From Candidatus Latescibacterota bacterium (lineage in GTDB: Bacteria > Latescibacterota > UBA2968 > UBA8231): DNA of 64,000 bases. This document shows positions 39,407 to 49,179 of the stretch, one piece after another. Within the stretch, counting starts at the first letter, position 1. Each line of letters opens with the position of its first letter. The notes below the pieces were generated by a model. That model saw only the letters and a list, made by a program, of their open reading frames with translations, was not told where the DNA came from and did not search any database. The position numbers and the translations under genes were made by a program. The DNA lies in assembly GCA_965217585.1 (NCBI GenBank), contig OZ244561.1:4096001-4160000 (forward strand), written 5' to 3'.

Positions 39407-42400
39407 CGGAATTCTCGCTTCAGGCCGATGCCCAGTCCATAGTGATCGTGCTTGCTCTGCGCCAAACCGACGATGGTCAGGAAGGACTTGATTTTGTGCT
39501 CGACCCGCACCTCTCCCTCAGCCATCTCTTTTAGCATAGCTTCGTATCGCACCCAGAGGGGCAGGGGCAACCCCCCGAGATACTTGCCCGCGCGCAGGGC
39601 GGGAGACCCAGGCTCGGCCCCGACGATCTCACTCGACGGCAGGACTGTGAATTCATTAAGCCCTACCTTCTCGACTTGCTTGCTCAATAGCTGGCCGGCG
39701 GTGGTGCCAAAGACTGCGGCGGCTGTACTAAAGGCCTCGCTAGTCGACTCAAAGGCCTGAGCGTAGTCGGGGTTGGCCATGTTAAAGGCCAGTAAGTTGA
39801 CGGTACTCCCAGGACCTAGCTGGTCCAAGCTCTCGTTCTCAGTTGGTTCCGCGGAAAGCCGCGGCACGCTTTTCTGAGCCGGCCCTCGCAACGTCAAAGT
39901 CGCGACGTACTTCTCATTGTCATTAATGTCTGTGATTTCGTCGGTCTTAGCCTCTAAATCGAGTGTGGGATTCAATTCGAGAGGATCGTACATCACGTCG
40001 AGGATCGATTTAGTCGGCGCTAGGCGGTTGAAGACGACGCGCCCTTGAGTGATGTTGAACTGCTGATTGAGTACGAAGATCTGCCCTTCGTCTATGATTA
40101 TGTCGCCTTGGAAAAGCGGCTTGTAGAAGGTGCCGCCTACTTCAACCGCGCCCGACGCTTCGACCTCGGCTAGCTCGCTATCGAGGGCAAGGCCGCGGAT
40201 ATCGACCTCGACGGCGAGGGCCATGTTCTCCAAAAACTCGTCGCGCAACGCCGCCGGTGGCGGTGGCACGGGAAGCGTGAGGACTACGAGGCTCGCTTCG
40301 GACTTCGGCTGGTCAATGCGGATGTGCCCCGCCAACTTGGACGCGCTGACTGAGCCGGCGAAAGACAGATCCATGTCGATGGCGTCCGCCTTAAACGACT
40401 GCCCAACGGCCTCGTAGTAGGAGGTCATCCGCTCGGCTTGGAGCCGCAGGTCAAAACTAGGGTCGTCGAGCCGCGATAGGTCGAGCCTCCCAGTGAGCGA
40501 CGCGCTGCGGAACCCTCGCTTAGGTTCTTTCTCGACAGCAAAACCCACTAACTCGACCTGCCGGCCATTGAATTGCAACTGCCCGTCGGGCAGCGCGTAA
40601 ATCGGCTCTAGGTCAAGCAGGGCAAATTCGAAGTCTTCGACCCCTATTTGGCCTTGCAATGAGAGCGTTGAGTCCAACCCCTCAGCCCGGAGATCCGCGC
40701 TAATCCGGCCGTCGAGATGATCCAGTTCGGCTATTAGGTCGCCAATGAAGAGAAGTCCGATGCCGTCGGAATGCGCCTCGAGCCAGCTCTCGTCTAAAGA
40801 GAGCGCACCAGCCTGCAAGTCCCAGGGCATTCGACCGATTACGGTGAGGCTGTCGTCGAGCAAGGTCGTCCAGTTCAAGTGCCAATCGCCGCCGTGTCGG
40901 TCGCCGGTGAGCTGGCCGTGCAACTCTCCCAAGTCTGCGGTTTCCACGGCTAGATCGACGGCAACTTGAGGAGCGGACGCCGTGCCGCTAACCTCGGCGT
41001 CGAGTTGGACCAGCCCCTTGGGGCCGCCGAAGAAAGCCAAGTCCACGTCTTCGAGGGCTAGCTCCACCTTTGAGGGCTTGGTGCCCTCCAGTTGGCCCGC
41101 CAGTTGCAAGGTGCCGGCTGGCTGCAGGGCGCGGCGGTCGCGGTCGTACCGCCGCAAGCCAATCGCCACCGAGTCTAGCGCCACGCGGCCCTCGCCGAAC
41201 GCAAACCGTCCGCCGGATAGGAGATCCAGCCGTAGCGAGTCGGCTGAAGCTTGGCTCTCGATGGCCAAGCCATGCACATCGATATGCCCGGACAAGTCCC
41301 GCCAGCTCGGCATGGAATCCCCTAAGGCCGCTTCTAAGTGCCCGTCGAGGTCGAGCCGCCCGTACAGCGGGCGTCCCAAAGCATAAGTGAGTACCGGCCC
41401 CAAGTCGGCCGCCATCGCCTCGATTGCGAGCTGCGCGGGGGCTTCCCCCGGCCCGAAGAGCTGCGCGGCTGGACAGGTGAGCGCGAGGCGCACACCGGCA
41501 TTGGCGCTGAACTCGGCTAGGAGCGAATCCGCCAGCGCGAGGCGCAGCCGAGCATTGCCGAGGGCGAGGGTGTCGAGGCGCATCTCCGCCAGCGTCACCA
41601 CGCCCTGTGCCTCTGGCCTCGCTAGGGTGCCGCCGACCCGCAGATGCCCACTGCCCGCCGCGCTGAGGTCGGGCAAGAGGTTGGACAGTTCAAGGGCCGG
41701 CAACTCCGCTGCAACGGAGAGCGAATCCCTCCCGACCCAACCCGAAAGGCCCACTAGGCCGACTGGCGTTTGCAGATGTAGCGCGGTGAGATCCAGACGC
41801 CCGTTGCCATAGTCGGCCTGGAGGGGACCGTAGTTTTGCAGCGCCCATTCCCCCTGCCGCAGCAAGAGCGAGTCGAGGGCGAGGTTCGCTTGGACCGCAT
41901 CTAGGTCATCCAGCGGACCGTCCCAGCGAAAAGTCCCGTCTAACGCGGCTACTGACCCATCTGCTCCTCGTAACAAGGTATCGGCAAAATCTGCTTGAGC
42001 CGTTAAGTGCCTGGCCGCATCTAGCTCCGCCAACACGTTCACGCCCGGTCCGCCACCGGCCCCCCGCGCCGTACCCCGGTCCCAGCCCACGTCCAGCGCG
42101 AGCTCGCCGGTCTGCCAATCCGCGTACTCTAGCGGCGTGGTCGCAACGCTCCCGGCCAGCCGTAGCGCGTCGAGCGATAGCCCACCCGCCCCGCGCAAAT
42201 CCGCGTCAAGCCGTCCGCTCAACCCAGACATGACCCGCGTCAGCGCTAGTCCGTTCACGGTCGCTACCAGCGTATCGATCTCGCTGCTTTCTATGTCGAT
42301 GTCCGCCCGCGCTACTAGGAGATCGCGCTCTAAGCGCAGATCGGCCGCGAGATAGCGATTGGCGAGCAGGTGTAGATCGGCCGCGAGCGGTCCGAACTCC

Positions 42401-43707
42401 TCGCCCAATTCACCGGGGAGATGGCTGGCCGTTAGCTGCAACGTCAGCGTATCGGGCTTGGCTTGCCCGACGATGGTTATGGGCGCTGCGCCGCGCAAAA
42501 AGGACGCGGCTTGCAACGCGCCCTTTAGTGCGAGGTCGTAGTCCCCCGCTAAGCTGGAAGAGCCGGTGGCCACCAGCTCCAGCAAGGGCGATTGCAGGTC
42601 GAGACGAGTCGCCCCATCGGGCCGGTGCCAAGCCGTTATCTCGGCGTCGAATAGCTGATTGGGAATTAGATCCACATCGCGCAGGAGGGCGGCAAAGTCC
42701 GCGGCATAGCGCTGGTGCTGCAAATGCACTCCAGCCGCTAGATCGAATTCCGCTCGTCCCGCAAAGGGGGCCGCTAGCGCGAGGTCAAATCCCTCGCCCC
42801 GCAGTTGGGTCTGTAAGCTGTCGCGAGTGAAAAAATAAGTCGCATCGCCCGTCAGGGTGCCGTCGAACAAAGAGACGAGCAGAGAATCCAGCACTAAGCG
42901 CGTGCTGTTGGTGCGCACGCACCCTTGCAGATCCACTGCCGAGACCGCTGGCGCGCTGCCCTGGCCCCTGAGCGTCCCGCGCAGTTGCAGTGGCGTCAAT
43001 GCCCCGTCTATCTCCGCTTCTAGGGAACCCCGCGCGGAATCGGCCTCTACCGTCGCCGTGGCGTCCATATGCAAAGGCCGCGGCAACTGTAGCCCCAAGG
43101 CAAACGAGGCGTGCAGGGCGGCCCTTAGACTGTCGCTAGCGCCCACGGCCCGGACCTCTCCGCGGTCAATGCGGTGTGGACTAAGCGCGAGATCCAGCGT
43201 TAGCGAGCGCAGCGGCACTCCCTGCAAATCGGACAAGGCCAGCTCTAAGTGCGCCGAGGTGTCTGCTACTGCGCGATATGCGCCGCGCCATTCCCGAGCC
43301 ACGATCCGCGTTTCGCCCAACTGCCAATCGAGCGCACCGGCTGTCGCGCTGAGGTTGGGGAGGAAGGCGAGGGGCAGTTCGATATCTGTGGCTGCGGCGG
43401 TCGAATCGACTGAGGTGCTTGGCTCAATCCGCACCTTGGGGGCCTGCAATTCGACGGCCCAAGACCACGGCCGCACGGCGAGGTGCTCGACATCGACGAC
43501 CACCCCCAGCGCGGGATTTTGGCAGCGTAAGTCGGAAAAGGAAAACCCGTAGATCAAGCCTCCCTCGCGACCGCCGATGGAGACCTGCCATCCTCCAACG
43601 CCGCGCTCTAGCAGGTGTGCGAGCGCGGCAGGCCCTATGGGCGTGAGCGCGACGAGGCCGAGGACGACACCCAAAATGGTCGCCGCCCCGAGCAGCTTCC
43701 TCTTCAT
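39403..43707 (-). CDS. TamB-like translocation/assembly module protein
   Basis: N-terminal anchor, long beta-rich body, DUF490-like C-terminus; translationally coupled to the Omp85 gene. Confidence 0.8.
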   Translation of the reverse strand: MKRKLLGAATILGVVLGLVALTPIGPAALAHLLERGVGGWQVSIGGREGGLIYGFSFSDLRCQNPALGVVVDVEHLAVRPWSWAVELQAPKVRIEPSTSVDSTAAATDIELPLAFLPNLSATAGALDWQLGETRIVAREWRGAYRAVADTSAHLELALSDLQGVPLRSLTLDLALSPHRIDRGEVRAVGASDSLRAALHASFALGLQLPRPLHMDATATVEADSARGSLEAEIDGALTPLQLRGTLRGQGSAPAVSAVDLQGCVRTNSTRLVLDSLLVSLFDGTLTGDATYFFTRDSLQTQLRGEGFDLALAAPFAGRAEFDLAAGVHLQHQRYAADFAALLRDVDLIPNQLFDAEITAWHRPDGATRLDLQSPLLELVATGSSSLAGDYDLALKGALQAASFLRGAAPITIVGQAKPDTLTLQLTASHLPGELGEEFGPLAADLHLLANRYLAADLRLERDLLVARADIDIESSEIDTLVATVNGLALTRVMSGLSGRLDADLRGAGGLSLDALRLAGSVATTPLEYADWQTGELALDVGWDRGTARGAGGGPGVNVLAELDAARHLTAQADFADTLLRGADGSVAALDGTFRWDGPLDDLDAVQANLALDSLLLRQGEWALQNYGPLQADYGNGRLDLTALHLQTPVGLVGLSGWVGRDSLSVAAELPALELSNLLPDLSAAGSGHLRVGGTLARPEAQGVVTLAEMRLDTLALGNARLRLALADSLLAEFSANAGVRLALTCPAAQLFGPGEAPAQLAIEAMAADLGPVLTYALGRPLYGRLDLDGHLEAALGDSMPSWRDLSGHIDVHGLAIESQASADSLRLDLLSGGRFAFGEGRVALDSVAIGLRRYDRDRRALQPAGTLQLAGQLEGTKPSKVELALEDVDLAFFGGPKGLVQLDAEVSGTASAPQVAVDLAVETADLGELHGQLTGDRHGGDWHLNWTTLLDDSLTVIGRMPWDLQAGALSLDESWLEAHSDGIGLLFIGDLIAELDHLDGRISADLRAEGLDSTLSLQGQIGVEDFEFALLDLEPIYALPDGQLQFNGRQVELVGFAVEKEPKRGFRSASLTGRLDLSRLDDPSFDLRLQAERMTSYYEAVGQSFKADAIDMDLSFAGSVSASKLAGHIRIDQPKSEASLVVLTLPVPPPPAALRDEFLENMALAVEVDIRGLALDSELAEVEASGAVEVGGTFYKPLFQGDIIIDEGQIFVLNQQFNITQGRVVFNRLAPTKSILDVMYDPLELNPTLDLEAKTDEITDINDNEKYVATLTLRGPAQKSVPRLSAEPTENESLDQLGPGSTVNLLAFNMANPDYAQAFESTSEAFSTAAAVFGTTAGQLLSKQVEKVGLNEFTVLPSSEIVGAEPGSPALRAGKYLGGLPLPLWVRYEAMLKEMAEGEVRVEHKIKSFLTIVGLAQSKHDHYGLGIGLKREFR

Positions 43708-44531
43708 TCGGATTTGAGGCGGGTCAGGGCCTTGGACACGTGGAAGAGCGAGTCGGGCAACGGCGCGTACGCCATGGTCTTGATCTTGCGCTCTAAGCGG
43801 AACACTTGGCTGGACTTCTCTTTTCCGGGAAGCTTGACTGAAGCCGTTAAGGTCGAGCGCAGCGCGAAGCCTTTGAGTTCCTCGGCGTTTTCCAACTCGT
43901 CGCTCAGGGCTTCGTGGTCTTCCAGCCCTTCTAGCCCTCCGCCGATTAGCGACGGATAGGACGTGCTAGCATCCTGCAAGTCCATAAACGCTGCGATCTC
44001 CCGAAAGCCGGGGAATTGCTTGGCAATGCAGGCATCGTACGTGTAGCGGTTTTCGCGTCGCAGCTTTTGGGTTTCGGGGTCGAGGTAGCGGGCGCGCATC
44101 TGCGCAACGACCCGCCGACAGGGAATTCCAGCGATGCGCGCCGTGTCTCCTGGCACCTTGATCGCAAGGGCTCTCTGCGGCCCGCCGGGGGTGGCCTCTG
44201 GCTTGGCAACGGCCTTGTGCGCCGGGGCTTTCTGCTGGACGAAGGTCTGCGCCGTCAGATCGATTTCGTACACCTGCGCTTGGTCCAGCCGCAGGATGGT
44301 GCTGGTGTTGAGGGACTGGCCCTGCTGCCGGAGGGCCTTTGCCGTTTTCGCGTCGGCCTCAATTAGCTGTTCGACCCGCTGGCTCTTGCCCTTGATGTAG
44401 ATTTTGTTGGTCGTTTTGCGCGCGCCAACTTTGTCTTTGCCAAAGCCTCGGTTGACGATCTCTTCCTCGAAGTACACATCGGCACCGGCGCTCGCCGCGC
44501 TGGCGAGCAATGCACATAACAGCAAGATCAT
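43704..44531 (-). CDS. Secreted hypothetical protein (DUF4412-like)
   Basis: Signal peptide ending ASAGA; TIL.LD...YEID, TARIAGIPC and LPDSLF.V patterns. Confidence 0.6.
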   Translation of the reverse strand: MILLLCALLASAASAGADVYFEEEIVNRGFGKDKVGARKTTNKIYIKGKSQRVEQLIEADAKTAKALRQQGQSLNTSTILRLDQAQVYEIDLTAQTFVQQKAPAHKAVAKPEATPGGPQRALAIKVPGDTARIAGIPCRRVVAQMRARYLDPETQKLRRENRYTYDACIAKQFPGFREIAAFMDLQDASTSYPSLIGGGLEGLEDHEALSDELENAEELKGFALRSTLTASVKLPGKEKSSQVFRLERKIKTMAYAPLPDSLFHVSKALTRLKSE

Positions 44532-44660
44532 GCTCGCACTCTCCTGTGGTAGGGTGGAAGACGTGTGCCATATATAACACCATAGGGGAAGGAAAAAGAG
44601 TCCCCTTTTATTATGACGGCAATAGAAGCGTAATATAGCGAAACGCGGTTGCTATCCCAT

Positions 44661-44696
44661 AAATAAAAGGCCCCTACCCGCAAGGGCGAGGGGCCT
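44661..44696 (-). terminator. Intrinsic terminator after the zinc peptidase gene
   Basis: Stem AGGCCCCT / AGGGGCCT with a T-rich tail on the minus strand. Confidence 0.65.
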
Positions 44697-44720
44697 CGGA
44701 GCTTCTTGTCGCGCCTACTG

Positions 44721-45377
44721 TTAGTCGTCTCCGCGCATGAGCAACAGACTCACTAGGTTTAGCACGGCGGTCGCGGCCGCTGCCACGTAGGTCATGGCCG
44801 CGGCGTTGAGCACCCGCCGGGCCGAGCGCACCTCGTCGTTGGCTAAGTAGCCCTGCGAGAGGATGGCCATGGCCCGCGAGCTGGCGTTGAATTCCACTGG
44901 CAGGGTGACGATTTGGAACAGCACCGCGCCGGCGAAGAACATGATGCCGATATTCATTAGGCCGGTGGCCGGAAAGAACATCCCCGCCAGAATCAGGGGA
45001 AAGCCCAGCGTTGAGCCCAAATTGGCGACGGGCAGGATCGCGTGCCGGAAGTTGAGCGGCATGTAGCCCCCGGCGTGTTGGATCGCGTGCCCGACCTCGT
45101 GCGCCGCCACGGCCAAGCCGGCTAGGTGGTGCCCGTGGAAGTTGTCCGAAGAGAGGCGCACGGCTTTGGCGCGGGGGTCGTAGTGATCGGACAGCATCCC
45201 GCCCGTCTCCTCGACAGACACGTCGTAAATGCGTTGCTGGTGCAGGATGCGCCGCGCGGTCTCAGCGCCCGAAAGCTGCGCGGCCGAAGCCACTTGGCTG
45301 TACTTCTTGAAGGCGCTGCGGACCCGCATTTGGGCCCAGGCGACCAAGATCATCGGCACAAAAAGAAACAGAAGCAT
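44721..45377 (-). CDS. Neutral zinc metallopeptidase (YugP-like)
   Basis: LSDHYDP, AAHEVGHAIQH, TLPVEFNASSRA, VLNAAAMTYVA. Confidence 0.9.
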   Translation of the reverse strand: MLLFLFVPMILVAWAQMRVRSAFKKYSQVASAAQLSGAETARRILHQQRIYDVSVEETGGMLSDHYDPRAKAVRLSSDNFHGHHLAGLAVAAHEVGHAIQHAGGYMPLNFRHAILPVANLGSTLGFPLILAGMFFPATGLMNIGIMFFAGAVLFQIVTLPVEFNASSRAMAILSQGYLANDEVRSARRVLNAAAMTYVAAAATAVLNLVSLLLMRGDD

Positions 45378-45482
45378 CTCGTCATCTCCTCAATATGCGA
45401 AGGGCTTCTATTGGGACGCGAAAGGGACGCCCTAAGTTTCTAGCAGAATAACGAAAGCACCCGAAAATCGCAAGAAAAGGGC

Positions 45483-46145
45483 TTAGATCTTCTCTTCTGC
45501 TTCAGCAGGCAGGGAAAGGGCCGGGGGCACGACGACGCCGGCCGAGACGATCATCTTTAGGGCCTCCTCGATGCTGAGGTCGGTGGGACGCAATTGCTCG
45601 GGCGGCACGATGAGCATAAAGCCGGTGGTGGGATTGGGTGCCGTGGGCACGAAGATGCTGTGCGCCGGTGCTGCTTCGGCCTCGCGGGGTACGTCGCTGG
45701 CCAGAAAGCCCAAGGTCCATATCCCGGTGCGCGGATATTCGACGAGCACGACTTTCTCAAAGCCGGCCTTGCCCGGGGAGGTGAGCGTTTCCATGAGCTG
45801 ATGCACGGGCGCGTAGATCGTGCGCACCAACGGCAGTCCCTCTAGCGTTTCGCGTGCGAATTGCCACAGGCTGCGGCCAACCACGTTGGCGGCGAGTGCG
45901 CCGACGACCCACAGAATGATAAAGGTCAGCACAAAGCCCAAGCCGGGAATGTGGAATTCGGGATAGCCGAACGGCTTGGCCACTTGGCGAATCAACGGCG
46001 CGGAGAAGCCGTCGGCCCAGTTGAACAGCGTCTTGAGCACCCAGCCGGTAACCCACAGGGGCGCGATGATCGTCAGGCCGGCCATTATCGTGCGCCGAAG
46101 CCGCTGTAGCCGAGTGGGGCTTTTGCGCGGAGGCGTTTCACTCAT
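45483..46145 (-). CDS. DUF502 membrane protein
   Basis: PLVRTIY, VVLVEYPR.G.W..GF, FVPTAPNPTTGF. Confidence 0.88.
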   Translation of the reverse strand: MSETPPRKSPTRLQRLRRTIMAGLTIIAPLWVTGWVLKTLFNWADGFSAPLIRQVAKPFGYPEFHIPGLGFVLTFIILWVVGALAANVVGRSLWQFARETLEGLPLVRTIYAPVHQLMETLTSPGKAGFEKVVLVEYPRTGIWTLGFLASDVPREAEAAPAHSIFVPTAPNPTTGFMLIVPPEQLRPTDLSIEEALKMIVSAGVVVPPALSLPAEAEEKI

Positions 46146-46271
46146 AGCGTAAGATACCTTATATAAATTGACATTTTTTGAATATCCAACTGGGTCAAAT
46201 TACTGTCAATACAAAGGATGCGTCTTCGCGCAAGGCTTACGTTTTTTGTGCGGTGGCCTATCTTATCCTTT

Positions 46272-46946
46272 ATGACGATGACGGCAATTCTACTCAGCGG
46301 TGGCATGGACTCGACTACCTTGCTCTGGTGGCTGAAAGCGCGGCAACAAGGCCCCATCCACGCCATTAGCATTGACTACGGCCAGCGCCATCGCGTCGAG
46401 CTGGAATGCGCCGCCCGCCTCGCCCGCTGCGCCGAGGTCGCGGCCCACGAGACGCTGGCGTTGGATTTGGCGGTCCTAGGAGGCAATCCGCTGACCGATC
46501 CCACGCTGGATGTGCCCACCGCTGAGTCCAAACGCCAACGCGACACTGTCGTCCCCTTCCGCAACATGCTTTTTGCGACGCTAGCGGCGGCATATTGCGC
46601 AACAAAGGGTATTTTCGACCTGTATATGGCGCCGGTCAAAGACGACTATCCGGCCTACCGGGACTGCCGTCGCCCCTTTTACGACAGCCTCGCACAGAGC
46701 CTGCGCTTGGGGGCTGCCGACGACGCGCCTTGGGCGATCCACACCCCCTTTGTCGAGCTGTGGAAACAGGACATCGTGGCCATCGGGCTCAAACTCGGCG
46801 TTCCCTACGGGGAAACCCACACCTGCTATGAGGGCTTGCGGCCGGCCTGCGGCTTGTGCGATGCCTGCTGCGAGCGGCTCGCGGCTTTTGCGGCGAACCG
46901 AGCTTGTGACCCTTTGGCGTATGCCGCTAGTGAGAGGACGCCGTGA
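46272..46946 (+). CDS. queC: 7-cyano-7-deazaguanine synthase
   Basis: LLSGGMDS, DYGQRH, VPFRN, YRDCR, CY...CGLCDAC. Confidence 0.92.
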   Translation: MTMTAILLSGGMDSTTLLWWLKARQQGPIHAISIDYGQRHRVELECAARLARCAEVAAHETLALDLAVLGGNPLTDPTLDVPTAESKRQRDTVVPFRNMLFATLAAAYCATKGIFDLYMAPVKDDYPAYRDCRRPFYDSLAQSLRLGAADDAPWAIHTPFVELWKQDIVAIGLKLGVPYGETHTCYEGLRPACGLCDACCERLAAFAANRACDPLAYAASERTP

Positions 46947-47593
46947 CTGCCCGCGACACAATGCTGCACATGCCAGCCGAGGAGCGCGCCGAGCGCCTGC
47001 CGGTATGGAGCGACTCGGGGCACGTCCTACAGGTCAACGAGATTTTCTACTCCATTGAGGGCGAGGGTCTGCGCGTCGGCGAGCCTACGATCTTTGTGCG
47101 CTTGGCGCGCTGCAATTTGCGCTGTCCGTTCTGCGACACGGAGTTTGACCGCTTCACGCCAATGGACATCGGGGACATCGCCGCCGAGGTGGCGCGCCAC
47201 CCGGCCGAATGGGTGTGCTTGACCGGCGGCGAGCCGTTGGGCCAAAATCTCGCGGCACTGGCTGGCCGGCTCAAAGAAGCGGGCTACAAGCTCCACATTG
47301 AGACCAACGGCACGATCGCGCCCGATCCGGTGCTATTCGAGTTGATTGACCATTGGACCGTGTCGCCGAAATGCTATCCGGTCGTCGCTGGTTTTGCACG
47401 CATTACCGAGCTCAAATACGTCGTCGGCAGGGCGTTCCGCGAGGAGCGCGTCGAGGAGCACCGCGCCGACTACGTATATTTGCAGCCCGAATCCTCTGAG
47501 CCGCGCTACGTGCAGAAGGCCCTTGAGATACTTAAGCGCCATCCGCGCTGGCGTCTCTCCACTCGCATTCACAAGACGCTCGGCCTGCCTTGA
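46943..47593 (+). CDS. queE: 7-carboxy-7-deazaguanine synthase (radical SAM)
   Basis: EIFYSIEGEG, CNLRCPFCDT, TGGEP, IETNG, VSPK, YLQP. Confidence 0.92.
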   Translation: MTARDTMLHMPAEERAERLPVWSDSGHVLQVNEIFYSIEGEGLRVGEPTIFVRLARCNLRCPFCDTEFDRFTPMDIGDIAAEVARHPAEWVCLTGGEPLGQNLAALAGRLKEAGYKLHIETNGTIAPDPVLFELIDHWTVSPKCYPVVAGFARITELKYVVGRAFREERVEEHRADYVYLQPESSEPRYVQKALEILKRHPRWRLSTRIHKTLGLP

Positions 47594-47616
47594 GAAGATG
47601 CCCTACTGCCCCCCCA

Positions 47617-47643
47617 CTGGATTCCTGCTTTCGCAGGAATGAC
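47617..47643. repeat. Short palindromic intergenic repeat
   Basis: CTGGATTCCTGCTTTCGCAGGAATGAC, a hairpin of the widespread ATTCC...GGAATGAC type. Confidence 0.55.
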
Positions 47644-47662
47644 GATACTAGGAGGAGATCCC

Positions 47663-48526
47663 ATGCCCGACGTAGCCGAAATTTACAAGTTCGACGAGCT
47701 TACTTGGCCCGAAGTCAACCAAGCCGTAGCCATGGGCAAAATTCCCATCATACCCACTGGCTCGGTTGAACAACACGGCCACCACCTCCCACTCAAGGTG
47801 GATCACCTGTGCGCCAACGCGGTGGCGACGGAAGCCGCGCGCCTAAAGCCCGAACTCGCCCTCGTCCTCCCGCCGGTGAGCTACGGCTATGTCCACCATG
47901 TGATGGACTTTCCGGGTTCGCTCAACATTCACTACGAGCACTTCGTCCAATACGTGCTCGACATCACCAAGAGCTTGGCCTATCACGGCTTTAAGAAGAT
48001 GATCCTCGTCAATGGCCACGGCTCCAACCACAACCTCGTGGACATGGTCGCGCGGCGCACGATAGTCGAGACCGACGCGAGCTGCACGTTTTGCTCGTGG
48101 TGGCATTTGCTCCGGGTCCATCCCGACTTCGACAAAAAGTGGCGCGAGAGCGTGTTCCCGGGCGGCTGTTCGCACGCGGGCGAGCTGGAGACTTCGATGC
48201 TGCTGTATCTCGCGCCGGAGAGCGTGCGCAAGGACAAGATCAAGAGCGAGATCGCCAAGACGAACAAGCTCGGCTCAAAGTTCTTGTACACCGACCTGTT
48301 CGGGCACGGGCCGATGGGCTTGATCGAGTGGACGAGTCAGTATTCGGATAGCGGGGTGATGGGCGAGGCGGAGAAGGCCACGGCCGAGAAGGGCAAAATC
48401 GTCTTTGAGGAGGCGAGCCGGAACTTGGCCGAATTTGTCGAGGAATACCACGCGATGAAGATTGAGCCGCGCACTCGTCATCAGGACCAAGAGCCGACTA
48501 TTCCGCTGTCGTTTCCGACGGATTAG
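47663..48526 (+). CDS. Creatininase-family amidohydrolase
   Basis: RBS GGAGG; GSVEQHGHHLP..D, NGHGSN, HAGELETS. Confidence 0.9.
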   Translation: MPDVAEIYKFDELTWPEVNQAVAMGKIPIIPTGSVEQHGHHLPLKVDHLCANAVATEAARLKPELALVLPPVSYGYVHHVMDFPGSLNIHYEHFVQYVLDITKSLAYHGFKKMILVNGHGSNHNLVDMVARRTIVETDASCTFCSWWHLLRVHPDFDKKWRESVFPGGCSHAGELETSMLLYLAPESVRKDKIKSEIAKTNKLGSKFLYTDLFGHGPMGLIEWTSQYSDSGVMGEAEKATAEKGKIVFEEASRNLAEFVEEYHAMKIEPRTRHQDQEPTIPLSFPTD

Positions 48527-48545
48527 GGCGCGGAAGGATTTGGCG

Positions 48546-48812
48546 ATGAAGAGAACATTGACCATTGACTACGGAGATGAGGTCCTACTGGCCTTGGGAT
48601 GTTCACCCAAGCAATTCAGTGAAGAGGCGAAGCTCCTCGTCGCCATCAAGCTCTACGAATTAGGGCGGTTGTCTTCGGGGGCGGCAGCCAAGTTAGCCGA
48701 TATACCCAAGCCCTTGTTCCTAATGAAGCTAGCCGACTACGATGTCGATTCCTTCCAACTGACCGAGGAAGACCTCCAACAGGACTTGGCTAGTGCCCGA
48801 CGTCATCTGTAA
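48546..48812 (+). CDS. UPF0175-family putative antitoxin
   Basis: AIKLYELGRLSSGAAAKLADIPKPLFLMKL...EEDLQQD. Confidence 0.85.
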   Translation: MKRTLTIDYGDEVLLALGCSPKQFSEEAKLLVAIKLYELGRLSSGAAAKLADIPKPLFLMKLADYDVDSFQLTEEDLQQDLASARRHL

Positions 48813-48877
48813 TACTTCTCCGCCTAAACGCTAGGACGCGCCAGATGGTGCTGAAACGTGCCGGCGAGACGACGTGA
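48793..48877 (+). pseudogene. DUF3368 (PIN-like) toxin remnant, almost entirely deleted
   Basis: GTG start gives MPDVICNTSP; another frame immediately gives RLNARTRQMVLKRAGETT*. These match the typical first and last residues of the UPF0175 partner. Confidence 0.7.
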
Positions 48878-49179
48878 GAAGGGGCAGCGCATCATCCGCC
48901 GATAAAGCAAAGAGCCGACGTTTTCGCTGTCGTTTCCGACGGGTTAGGACAGGGCGATCTATCTTCCCGCTGGTCAGCCTTGCCTGTCCTTGCTGTCCCA
49001 CCTCCCACCGGATGTGGTCGTGCCCCGGCTCGTGCAGGACTTCTCTATTTACTTGGCAAGCCCTTTATTTATAGTGCTATCCGACCTACAAACACCAGAA
49101 GGCCGAACTGCTGCGGTCGGCGCACGCCATTTCCTGTCGGCAGCAGGCTGACGACTTAGCCCAAAATCAAAGGACGACC

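Larger units (their letters stand above)
48489..48948 (+). repeat. 39-bp imperfect direct repeat (48489-48527 and 48910-48948) duplicating the creatininase 3' end
   Basis: AAGAGCCGACTATTCCGCTGTCGTTTCCGACGGATTAGG versus AAGAGCCGACGTTTTCGCTGTCGTTTCCGACGGGTTAGG, 35/39 identical. Confidence 0.85.

Noticed and set aside
46272-47593. queC-queE as a 7-deazaguanine DNA-modification (Dpd) or QatABCD-type defence system
   Set aside because: Both look like canonical queuosine enzymes. No dpdA/tgt-like, TatD or ATPase partner is adjacent.
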